NCBI GenBank assembly: GCA_026025795.1
Contig: JAPEUG010000002.1
Coordinates: forward strand, 124,001 to 169,647
Origin: Thelocarpon superellum
Taxonomy: Eukaryota
Reading direction: 5' to 3'
DNA: 45,647 nt
Shown here piece by piece: positions 18,967-30,430 of this stretch; position 1 is the stretch's first letter; the number at the start of each line of letters is the position of its first letter. Both the position numbers and the translations under genes were made by a program. The notes below the pieces were generated by a model, which was not told the DNA's origin, did no database searches, and was given only the letters and a program-made list of their open reading frames with translations.

Positions 18967-21608
18967 TCAGATGCCTTTCACGCCCGAATCGGCCTTTGGT
19001 TCGACCGTCACGTTATCCAGCTCCGAGCGAGATTCGGCGTCGATTCCGATGTCGATGGCGGTGTCGACGGATGAACTCTGGGCCCCGCTCGCCTCAACGT
19101 CGTCCGCTGGGACGTCACGAAACGTATTGACATCGTCCAACAACACCTTGGGTTCCGACACCATTTCTGCAGACAAGTCATCGCTCGGCGTTGCCGAGAC
19201 GGCCAAAACCTCGCCCGTCTGGTCCTCGGGCCCCTTAGCCAAGCCCGGGCGTCGCCCTCGGTGCTCCTCGTCCACAATCGACTCGTCCATCATCGAGCTG
19301 GCCTGGTCACCGCCTTCCTCCAGCGAGTCGCGCGAGATGTAGCTGTCGCCCAGTTCGTCCGCCAACTCATCCTCGTCCAGCCCTTCACTGCCCTCGTCTT
19401 CGCTCCGCATGCTGCCCTCATCGTCGTCCACATCCTCATCCTCCTCATCCTCGACGCCCTCGCTGTCGCTGTCGCTCGCGGAAAAGTCATCCAGCGGGAG
19501 CGGCGCGTCGCGCCAGAAGTTGAAGTCGGTGAAATCCTCGCCGCCATCCCGCACCAGGAGCCCGACGGGCGGGAAGAAGTGGTCGACGATCTCGCGCATT
19601 GTCACGTAGCTGCTCTTATATTTGTTGAGCGTCAGTAAGTCCAACGACACCTCCGCATTCGAGTTGATGGTGAAGATGCGCGTCGATGGGATGTTGACGG
19701 AGCGGTAGCTCAACGCGTCCGTCAGCCGATTGCCGAAGCCGGCATAGAAGGGATTGTGTCGCTGGCTGAAGAGATTGAGGATGTCGCGCAGGCACGCCAT
19801 CTTGAACACCTCGGGCTTGCGGAGATAGATCTCGCGTCGCAGCGCCGCGATCGTGCGATCCGGGCTCAGGAGCACGGGACCCGGCGGCAACCGGTAGCCG
19901 TCCTGCACCACGCCGCTCAGGTAGGTGCGGGTTGTGTCCGCCTGCCCCACTGACCGGCTCGTCAGGTACATGATGTTGTATCCGTTCGCGACAATGTCCG
20001 TGTACAGCTTCGCCACCCCGAGATGCGTCCAGTCGCGCCCGATCATGTTGAGCACGTGCCCGAGCGCGTCGGACTTGGTGATGGTGCCATCAATGTCCGA
20101 GATGACAATGGGCACGTCGAATTTCCAGTAGAACATGTTGGCCGTGCACGTCGCCCGATTGACGCTGAAGCTCATCTCATTGGCCCCGGGCCGCAGCCCC
20201 AGCGCTTTGAGCTGATCACTCGTCAAGCGCAACGTCTTGGCGTAGTTTCGCATCGGGTCCGCCGACAGGTCCACCATGTCACCCGCCTCCGGCGGCGTCT
20301 GCGGCGGCGTGACCAACCCCGCTGCCACCAGGTCGGACCCACGCCGTCCGTGCCCGCCGCCGACATCAGGCCCGGCGGTGCTGCGCTCGCCGTCACTAGC
20401 GTAACCCGGATCAGACGCGGCGTCGCCCACCACCCCGCCGCCCGGGATTAAGCCGGCGCGGCGGCCCGCGGCCTCCTTGGCCTCCTCGCTGCTGTAGATC
20501 CACAGGTTGCCGCGCTCGTCCGCGCCGATCAGCGCCCCAATGTCGTAGTTGCCCTTCAGCTCCTCCGACAGGATCTTACGTGCAATCACCTCAGCCCGGA
20601 GCGCTTCATCCTCGCTGCTCTTGTAGCCCGTCATGTCGAGCATGAGGTCGCCGCTCTCCGAAATGTGCGTGGGGATGTTGGAGCTCGACAGCTTCTTCGA
20701 CAGCGATCGCGCTCGATCCACCGCTTCCTGCGTTGGCAATGCCGGCGGACTGCGAGAGCGGGCATAGGGCGGGGTCGCGCTGGACCCACCGCTCGGAGTG
20801 GGCGAGCCACCCGGGGGGGGCGGCCGGAGCGTTGTCCGTTGCGGGTCACTGAAGGTGTTAGCTCGGGTACGCGGAGCCAGAGTCACAGCATCCTCCGACG
20901 CGGCTCGGTCGAGGCGCGACGCCGACGGCAACGAGTGGGGCGTCCAGTCCTCCACGGCCGGAGCAAGGCTTGCGAGATTTCCCGGCGAGAGCGAGAGGGG
21001 GGTCATGTTTCCTAGGTCGCTATGTGTCCGCCGCTCCGCCGTCAGCATGGCCACATCCGATCGACTCTCTCGTCGGGATGACGAGGCCGGTGGCAGCTTG
21101 CGCTCGTCGACGGAGAGGTCGAGGAAGTCAGGTTCAGGCAAGATGGGTGCGCCCGTGACCGTGGCCGGATCGTCATTGGGATCGATGGCCGGCGAGACCA
21201 GCGGCGACGTTTGCAGGGCTTCGGGGATGTCGTCGGATGTCTCAAAGACGAAGAAGGCTTCGCCCTCTTCTCCCAATTTCATGGCATAGTCTTGCTTGAC
21301 CTGGTTGACGACAAACTCGACCTGTGCCGCCAGTTAGAGAACATCCTTTCGGACAGCCTCGTGGGACACGGCACCTTCTTCTCGTAGGGCCGAAGGAGAG
21401 AGAATTTGCCAAAGCGGACGTGGAAGGGTGAGCAGGCAAGCTCGCCTGCAGATGCAATCTCAGCGTAGCCCAAGCAGACCGCGTTTCATGCCGACTGACC
21501 ATCTTCTTGTTCGACGACAATCACGTCAATGGCCCCGCTGAGCGTGGCCGGATTGAGCGAGTACCATGTCTTGCTGACGGAGCTGCTCACGCTTCTCACG
21601 TACTGCAT
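18967..21608 (-). CDS. PAH1: Lipin / phosphatidate phosphatase (Pah1/Ned1/Smp2), 3 exons
   Basis: Exons 21608-21500, 21445-21375, 21321-18967. N-LIP: NPATLSGAIDVIVVEQED|GELACSPFHVRFGKF...MKLGEEGEAFF. C-LIP HAD motif ISDIDGTITKSD; FYAGFGNRLTD; conserved Trp in FNFWRDAPL. Confidence 0.97.
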
Positions 21609-23683
21609 GGTGCGAGGGGGTGGTCCGTCGGCAGTGGGCCCAATAGCCGACCCGGCTGCCGTCGACCCTGGATGGGCGGAGCGAGACAGTCGTCACCACG
21701 ATGGCAGGGGGAGAGGTGGTGACACGGATGGGTGCGCAAGACGTCTACATCCAGGCCGAGGATCCTAGGACGATGGTGTCGGAGTGGACACGAGTAGAGA
21801 CGGGGATGAGGATGAGGATGAAGATGACTGACCGGTAGTCGACCGAGGCAGTTCGGCCGAGGCGACCGCGAACTCTGAAGGATCCTGGCAGTCGGCTATC
21901 TGGGGCCAACTGTCCGGGTATGTGCGGGGTGGAATGGAGGGCAAATTACGACACGGACGCGTGCACGCAGCGGGGAAATGCGCGGATTGTGCAGGACTAT
22001 GTCTTTCTGCGACCAGACATCACGAGTCTAGATGGTATTCTTGGACATGAGACATTGTTCAAGGGCAGTCAGGGAAGCCTGGTCAGTGGGAAAAAGCATT
22101 CGTAATACCGGACGGAGCTCCAACGAGCTTCGGTTAGGTTGGCTCGGATGATCGGCGTCCTAGTCCAACACCACCAGACTACGCCGCCGCCAGGCCCAGT
22201 GGCGCTACGGCGAGCCCTGTGCAGTCAGAGGAGCATAAGGACGTCAGATGACGTCCCCCTTATCATAGCAGGCGCTCCATACACCATCGAATGCTGCCAG
22301 GTAAATAACTACCCGCATATCGAGACCCCAGAGTCTTCTTAAATTCTACGTCAGCCCCTTCGCCTACGGTGGCATCGACGCTCGCCACCATTGTAAGCAT
22401 GCAAGTCCCCACGGCGAACGCCATATCATATTTGACCTGCGACCTGGTCATCGAGGTCCCTGGTGTCGACGACAAAGTGTGGCGGACGCAACTTGATGAG
22501 CTGCCAAGCAGCTACAGCAACATCTCTGTCAGCATTTTTGAGTCAATAGCGCAACGGATGACGGAAGGCATTCCGTATAATCAGAAGCTCTTCAGAATGG
22601 TGCGGACCTCTGCTACGCGTCAGCTCAATGCCTGGGCTTAAGAATAGACCCTGATACTATCAGGGTCCAGTCTTAGGCAGGGAAAGAGCGTACAGGGCTG
22701 GCGCTACGCTCGTCTGATCACCCAAATTCGCGTGCCTGTTCGGGCTCGGGGTAAAGTAGGAGGGCCTCGTTGCTTAGAAGAGCGCCTGTCAAACATGAGA
22801 GGCCAGCGTCGGATATGAGCTCGAGTACAAGTACTCATACGCAGTGCCGGGCGACGCCTACGGCTCAACCCCAGTCGCTCAGAGGTGTGCCAGAGACATT
22901 TGAGCAGTGAATCCTCTACGTTCCATCCGTCCTGATAGAGACTCAATCGGGTACCCCGATGTCAAACGTAGGAGGAACATCGACAGCAACGACATGCATC
23001 ATGGGGCTTGCAAGCCGAGAAGCTGCCGGATGCACGTTGATGCGCAGTGCTTGGTGTATGTCGCAGAAGACCGGATGACACTCATGCATTTTTCTACCGC
23101 ATGCGACGCCAACATCTATTCTACTCGTCTTGGGGTCGCGGGCCGATGATCGTCAGGGCCACCTACTCGCCCCACGCTTACGGCCCACTGGTATTTCGTA
23201 CGTCCAACGTCTTCTTACCGTAGGGAGGACCTCCAGGTCATCTCGTCGCTGACCAGCCCTTAACCGAAGTTGAGCGTTCGCCAATCTGGCCAGACGCACA
23301 CGACAGCTGCCATTTGCTTTTGCAGTACCCTATATTTCGGGTTCGGTGGGTCACGGAGGATAGGTCCACCCGTTTGTGCAGAGTGACATGCCGGATTAGT
23401 CGACCGGCAAGGTCCAAGCACGTCGTGTGGTCGTAGTTAGTGGCGGTTGTGGGTGCTTGCCCCCATCGTTAGCGGCACCGAAGGTTAGGCCAATTCCCGT
23501 AAAGCCTCAAAAAGCATCACATCGCTCGACATCGCGCCCGCCTTGGTCGGCCACGAGCCACTACTGTACAAGTACTGCTGCAGAAGTCTTCGGCAGGCTT
23601 GCCCGCCCGTGTTGCATGCAGTAGAATGCACAGTGCTCCCACCACGATCATTGCCACCACCTTCTCATGGCCAGCAGCATGCG

Positions 23684-26600
23684 ATGGTCGGGCCGCCGTG
23701 GTTTGACCGCCTCCATGTCGACGGCTTCCTGGAGCAACCCGACCACCACGACGGGATCATGTTGCTGATCCAGACCATTCTGACCTGCGGGGCGTTGGCA
23801 TGGTAGGCGCCCTGAGGATCATGCACCCTCATCCATAGCCTGACTGACCGTCCCCCTCCTCTAGGCTGCTCCATCGGGCCTGGCAGACATTCACCAAGCC
23901 ATTGCCCGAGCTCGTCCACCTGCTGGGCTTGGACGTGCCTGCGGCGCCTGCGGTCTCGCTGACGGGCATCGATGCCGACAGCATCACCTTACATTGGACC
24001 CGGCCCGCCGAGCAAAGTCCCGCCGTCAAATACTTTATCCAGGTCAACGGCGTCAACGTCGGCGAACTCTCCTATCTCGACACGGCGATCACGGTCTCGG
24101 GCTTAAAGGCCAACAACTTCTACAGCGTGCGCGTCATCGCCACCAATACCAATGGTTTCCATGCCGGCAGCCGTGTCATCCGGCTGAAGACCCTGGCCGG
24201 CCCGCCTCCGCTTAATCAATCCGTCCGACCTAGGATCGCCGTCGGAGACCATGCTCAGATTGACGGAAGGATGGAGGCGGCCACGCCCACTTCTGTACAG
24301 CTGTCGTCCACCACGCCCACCACCGTTACGGCACAGGAGGTGCCTGTCGCAGCGACCAAGCGACTCCCCAACACGCGCAAGGTGTCGCCCCCGGCGCCGC
24401 CCGTCGAGGCCCCCGGAGCTGATGGGCCCTCATCGGACGAGTCATCCGAGGGCGAGCAGTCGGTGCGGTACTTGACTGACGCGTTGGACACCCTGCGTCG
24501 TGAGGCCGATGAGATTCAAAACCAAATCAGTCGCGAGGACGAGGAGTTCACCGCGACCAAGGCCACGGTGAGCCGCGAGCGGGACCAGCTCAAACATGCC
24601 CTGAAGGAACGCGAGGAGATGAGTGCCGAGCTGCGGAAAGAGGTGGCCAACCGTGACCGCCAGAATCGATCGGTGCAGAGCCGGCGGACAGCGGAAGAGA
24701 AGATCTTGCAACAGAAGCTGGACGAGCGCATGAAGCTCGAGCAGGACATGCGAAAGTGGGATCAGCAGATGGCGGATATGGCTCGCGACCTGACCGAGTG
24801 GGCCGAACGGAAAGGAGGTGTCGTCCAGGCCACCGAACAGCGGCTCAACGAGCTACAGCAACAGATGGGCGCGAGCCAGAAACAAGTCCGTGCACTGGAA
24901 GAACAGATCAAGACGAGGGGGGTACAGATCAAGGCACTCGAGGAAGAACGCCGGCATCAGCAAGGGGAGGATAATAAAGGCGATAGTCGACTGGCGGGGA
25001 AGGGCGAGGATGATGAAGAAGGTCGATGGGAGCACCGGCTCCGTGAGCTCCAGAGTAACTACGCCAAGGCAATGCATTCGCTGCAGCAGGTGAGAGTCCC
25101 CCGGGGATGCCGCGGACTGCGAACGATGAACTAAGCACGGATTGCACGCAGGCTCAAGGAAACCACCGTCAGGCGCAGGAGCGACTTAGCTGGTGGACCA
25201 AACGTGGGATCTACCATTCCACGGACTTTGCCCGTCACGTCCCCATCGACCCGGACATAGCCGGATCCAAGAAGGTCAAGGCCCGGCGCAGTCGTCCGCG
25301 ACGGTCGCGGACCAATACCGTTTCTTCCGGCAACGGCTTCAATGCGGGTGATCCACGCGTGCCCGGGTACGGTGACCCTACGCCAGGATTACCATCGGCG
25401 ACACCGGGCACTCCCTTTTTCAACATGGGCAATGGCATGGCCGTGCCCGCTACGCCCGAGGATTCGACTGCCATAGCCCAGGCGGATGTCGAGCGTCTGA
25501 CGGGCAACGCCGAGATCAGTCCAACGGCGAATGCCCTGCTACCGGCGAACCTGCTGGGCGACGAGGATGGGCCAACGCCCGAGGCCGCAGCGTCGAGTGG
25601 GATGCACGTTGTACCGGCCTTTGGCGGCGCTTTTCCCAGCCTTGGCCCGTCGACTTTTGACCCCTTCCAACATGAACACCACTCCCCTGCATCATCGGGC
25701 AGTCGGTCGGCCAGCGTCTTCTCCAGTCCTCGCGAGAGCCTGAATAACGTATCCATGTTCCCGTCGGCGCCCGACTCGCTGATGGAGCCCGATCGACGGT
25801 CGATTCACTCGACAAGCGCTTCCTTGGGCGCGGTGGGGACCGGACCTGATGGGACGACGTCAAGCTCACGACGCTTTGCGAGTCTCTTTAGTCTCAATCT
25901 CAGTCGACAACGCGGCAAGACCTTGGACGTGGACCCGCCGATGCTGGGAACGCTCAAGGCGAATGAGACGCAGTCCTTCCCGGCCGCGCTCGACCATCCG
26001 TCGGAAGAGCTGGACCCGATTGGAACGAAACGACGACGTGGGATTCACTCGACCAGCTGGGTCAGTCCGATGACCAACTTTAATTTCCTCGGTCGCCATC
26101 CGACGTCGGCGGGGAGCACCAGCGCGGGACAGGCGCCGGCGACGATGAGAGCTACGGCAGGGCGACGGAAACCGTTCAACATGTTCAGCTCCAAGTACGA
26201 TCCGTTGGATCCGTCCAGATTGCTTGGGGAACCCACCACGCCGCCGCGGCCCTCTTCGCTCTCGTTGTCGGAGCATGCTTTTCCACGACCATCGACGGAC
26301 ACGCCACCTTTTGGATGGCCTGCCGTGGACGCCTTTGGTCATCGTAGCAGTCCGCTGGGCGCCGACTGGGCGATTCGGTCTGACGAGCCTTGGTCACGAG
26401 GGCCCTCACGACGCAGCTCCATCAAGCACGGATCCACCCCATCGCTCCCATTAGGTACGACGCCTTTTCAGCCCGACGACTTCCACGACGTCCTCGCGCA
26501 ACGCCTACTGCCCGCGCCGATCGGCACGCGGGCGGAGACGACGTTGGGGAGCGGGGCGCCGAAGCTCAATCCGGCCGCGCCCACCTTCAAGACCATCTTC

Positions 26601-27344
26601 ACGCGCAGCGATGCGAAGAGGGCCGAGCGAGCGGAGAGGGCGGAACGTGCCGCGGAACGGGCAGCGGAGCGCGAAAAGGAGAAGGATCTGGAATGGTTGC
26701 GTGACGACTCGGCGACAGACGAGGGACAAGCACGCATGTCGCACGACGATCACTCGGTCAAGACGGAAGACTCGCAGGCCGATTCGCACAACTCCTTCGA
26801 TCAATTGCCGTTCGGCACGCCACTAGAGTCGAACACGCCCAACGCCAAGGACAGGGACAAGCAATCCATCTTCCAGAAACTGACGCGCAAGGGCAGTTCC
26901 AGCAAGTTCAACATCCCATGGAAGGACAAGGGGTCCCGATTCTCCTCGTCGTCCAAGCGCTCCACCGACCTTGAGCACGACGAGGGAGGCGGTTTCGAGA
27001 ACGGGCATCCGTTTGGCAAGAGCGTCGACAGCGTCAATCTGACCGCGTCGCCGCATCTGGCTGGCGTTGGTGCCTCGACTTCCACGAACACGACGCCGAC
27101 GAACCACACGGGCACTATGAATACAACCGCCCATGGCAATACCCTCAGTCGAAGCAGTATCTCATGGAGCTCGCTGATGCGGAAGCCAAAGAAGGGCGGC
27201 GCGGCGTCCATTGGTAGTGCGGGGGGGAGCCACCATGGCGGCGGAGGCGAGAAGTCATCCGTCAGCGAGGCCAGCGAACGGACGAATAGCGAGGGAGGAG
27301 ACTACGACGATGGACGTAGTAGCGTGGGGGGTAGTTGTGACTAG
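23684..27344 (+). CDS. Fibronectin type III domain and coiled-coil protein with N-terminal membrane anchor, 3 exons
   Basis: Exons 23684-23802, 23865-25089, 25152-27344. Hydrophobic MLLIQTILTCGALAW|LLHRAW; FN3 pattern SITLHW...YFIQVNG...VSGLKANNFYSVRVIATNTNG; about 200-aa coiled coil; long Ser/Pro-rich tail. The start could alternatively be the ATG at 23759. Confidence 0.85.
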
Positions 27345-27539
27345 GAGGGGGATTAGACGTCCAAGGCATGCATGAGAGAGCACGAGGAGTAAGAGGATGG
27401 GATGCGATGGGACTAGACGACGACACGCGACGGGATATATACATACTACTATGGATAGGGATGACTATCTAGTAGCAGATGAATGCGTGCATGCGTATGG
27501 TATGAGTTTACTCTGAGTACGAGAACACAGGACGATGTA

Positions 27540-29279
27540 TCAAAGGTCCTTTTCGCCTTTCTCCACCTTGGCTCCAACACCAACACCGGCATCAGTGGAG
27601 ACTGGCCCAGGCCCAGGCCCAGACCCTGCCGCAGATGAAGCAGCTGCAGCAGCAGCGGAACCAGTCAAAGAGGGAGCATGAGCAAAGGAGGGGAAAGAGG
27701 TAGGGTCAGAGTCAGAAGAAAGGATCCACGGTCTTGCGTGCCAGAAATCCTCGCGGATGAGGTCGACATGTTCGATTGTGATGCGTGCTTTTCCTTTTCC
27801 TCTCGTCTTTTCCCCCTTTCTCTTCTTCTCCCCACTCTCCCTCTCTCTCTTGGGCTTCCTGTCGTTGCTTTTTTGCGGAGAGGATGGTATTGCTTCTCCT
27901 GCTCCTTGCGACTGTGACTCTCGTATTGAGATCGAGGCGTTGTCGTAGCTGCCGCCGGAACTGAAGAGAGTCGAAAATGGCATGTCCGTCGTTTCCCACT
28001 GCCCCCTCACAGACATCCCGTCATCAGTAACGACCTTCTTCCATCTTCGATGGTGAACGTGGCGGTTCCTGTGTGTGGCTCACCTCCCTATACACCACAC
28101 TACCCTTCTTGAAGATCTCCGGCTCGTTGTTGTAGTTGATTCCGAATCGCTTGTACAGGATTTCGTTCTTGTCGGACGCGAGCGATCCCTTGTTGCCACC
28201 CCATCCTCTCAGCATTTGCAGCCCGGGATGGATGAAGGATGAATGACAGGGAGGGAGGTGAAGTGCAGGAGGAGAGATGAGGGAAAGGGAAAGACCAATG
28301 ACTCACAATCAACTCCTTCTCTGCGTCCTTGGCGTCCAGCTCCCCTTGTTGAATCAAAGCCCAGAAGGTGGTATTGTAGAGATTGTTAATGTGACCTGCA
28401 TGGCACGCGTCAGCCTCTGGTGGATGTCCAACCGCTCGATACCATCTTTCGAAGGGGCAGCAAGATGACGCGGAACGGAGGTACCATACAATCCACCTGC
28501 CGCCAACTCAGATAATCCCTCAAGTTGGTCTCGTTTGGGAATAGAACGGCTCGTCCATCGAACGAAGGCAACGGAGGCGACAGTGGCGTGTCGGGGAAGA
28601 AGGACGGCCAGAGATGCACGTAGTACGCCGTGAAGGACGACACGACGGTGGAGATGAGTTTGCTGGCACGTCGATCGAAGAGGCTGGACGAGCGATGGAA
28701 GACGAAGCTGCCGGGTATGAGCAAGGTCGGGCTTGTGAGGACGAAGCATCCTAGCCTGGGAGCTGGTCACTCGCCTATATTCATCACTGACGCCATATGC
28801 AATGACCACGTCGGGCAGCTCTCGCATCACCGCCGTCGCGGCCGTGTTCATCAGATCCAGCGCTCGTCGATCGTTCGGCTTGTGAAAGGCGTATTTGGTC
28901 GATAGACTACGACGCCACTTCTCATCAGCCGGTCTCGGTTTCGGCACACAGATGTACAGTTATTCCCCACTTGAATCGACTCCGACCTCGTGGGTAGCAG
29001 AGATCAATGAATTCAATTCTACGTACGTGTGGAATCCTCGACCGTCAATGCGTATCACTATCCACGTGTTGAGTAGCAGTGGATCCGGCTGTTCGAAGGT
29101 TCGAACATATTCGTATCTAGAAAGGGACAGGGGTCAACTTCGACACACTTCACGGCTTTCATCGCTCGTCAAAGCAAATCGATTACGTAGACGTATTGAA
29201 ATAAATAAACAAACAGATGGAAGAAATAAAATAATCAGGACGAAGCGTAAACTTGGTAGACGCACTTTGAGTTTGCCAT
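27540..29279 (-). CDS. THG1: tRNA(His) guanylyltransferase, 7 exons
   Basis: Exons 29279-29266, 29116-29027, 28906-28775, 28707-28490, 28395-28307, 28188-28084, 27998-27540. [75 protein letters not shown]...[16 protein letters not shown]. Intron 3 is GC-AG. Confidence 0.95.
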
Positions 29280-30430
29280 CCTGCGCCCTCCCTTCTCAGT
29301 GTCGACGTTAAAGGTGATATGATACCTTCGTTATGTCGGCGTGGTAGGTTGTTGTCGTGTATCACGTGGGTGATGAAGGATGAAGTGTAGCGGCCATTAC
29401 TCGATCCCGTATATCCGAAGTCGATGTGGTAGGTGTCAGATGTCGGATGTCGAGTGAGTAAGCGACACCGAGGCGGCCAGCCACACTGTATGTTAACATT
29501 ACTTAAAACTTGGAACGCCCGAGTTTTGGTGGCATTGGCACCTCCCGACTGGCACAGACTTCTGCTGCCGGCCTCGCCCCTCGACGCATCTCTTGGCGAC
29601 TCCGTCACTCTCGACTCTCAACTCTCTACTCCGTACACTCTGTTCCCACCACTCTTTCACACAAATCCATCGACCCTCAACCCTCAACTTCATTCCTACC
29701 CACCACTCTCGCCCAATCTTTCGTTACTCGCTCACACAAACACATACAGATCTATTAGGTCCGGTTGATTCTAAGAACAGGAGAGCCATTATGTACAAAC
29801 GCCCATCTGGGATTTCCGACCCTTTCATCCCCTGTCGTACCTCCCCGTCAACATTTACCAACCGCACGCGTGACGCGTGGCGTGGAAGCGTGACCGAGAG
29901 ACCAACAGAGAGAGGATTGGACAAAAACCATGCCTCCTTGGTATCACTTTTGCTCTTCGGCTACCGCACGCTCGCAGAGGGAACGAAACAGGTGAGCGCT
30001 GAGAGAGACCGAAACAAACCCCGTCCATCCTGCCTGGTACAATTTGGTCTTTGGGGGCGTGTGCGGCATGCCGACGCGGCAAGGCACCCGTCCGTGCAGG
30101 CGCACACACAAAGGTGTCATGCAAGGCAAAAGTCAAATGCAACCACAGATCAACGCCGAGATCGTCGAGACGAATGAGGGCACGCAGGGAGGTCGAGGGA
30201 GGAAGAGCACCAACACAGTCGAGCCGAAAGGGGAAAAAGGGGAATGGGAATGGGAGTAACCAGCCCTAACCAACCCAGAGACAGAAAACCCGTGCCGCGA
30301 AAATGCTTCATGACCATTGTGCTCGCTAGAGAAAAGAGGAGGAGCACGACACGCGGAAGACCAGGACGGACCCCGTGATCGAACTCGAATGCAGGTGTTG
30401 ATACAGAAAAAGCGCACGTCGGGCCGCGCC

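Noticed and set aside
9148..29279. HIS4 plus tRNA(His) guanylyltransferase as a 'histidine cluster'
   Set aside because: They are more than 15 kb apart with seven unrelated genes between; no support beyond the theme and one shared short motif.
29370..29460. Box C-like GTGATGA suggesting a C/D snoRNA upstream of THG1
   Set aside because: No box D (CTGA) at a suitable distance on the same strand and no terminal stem.
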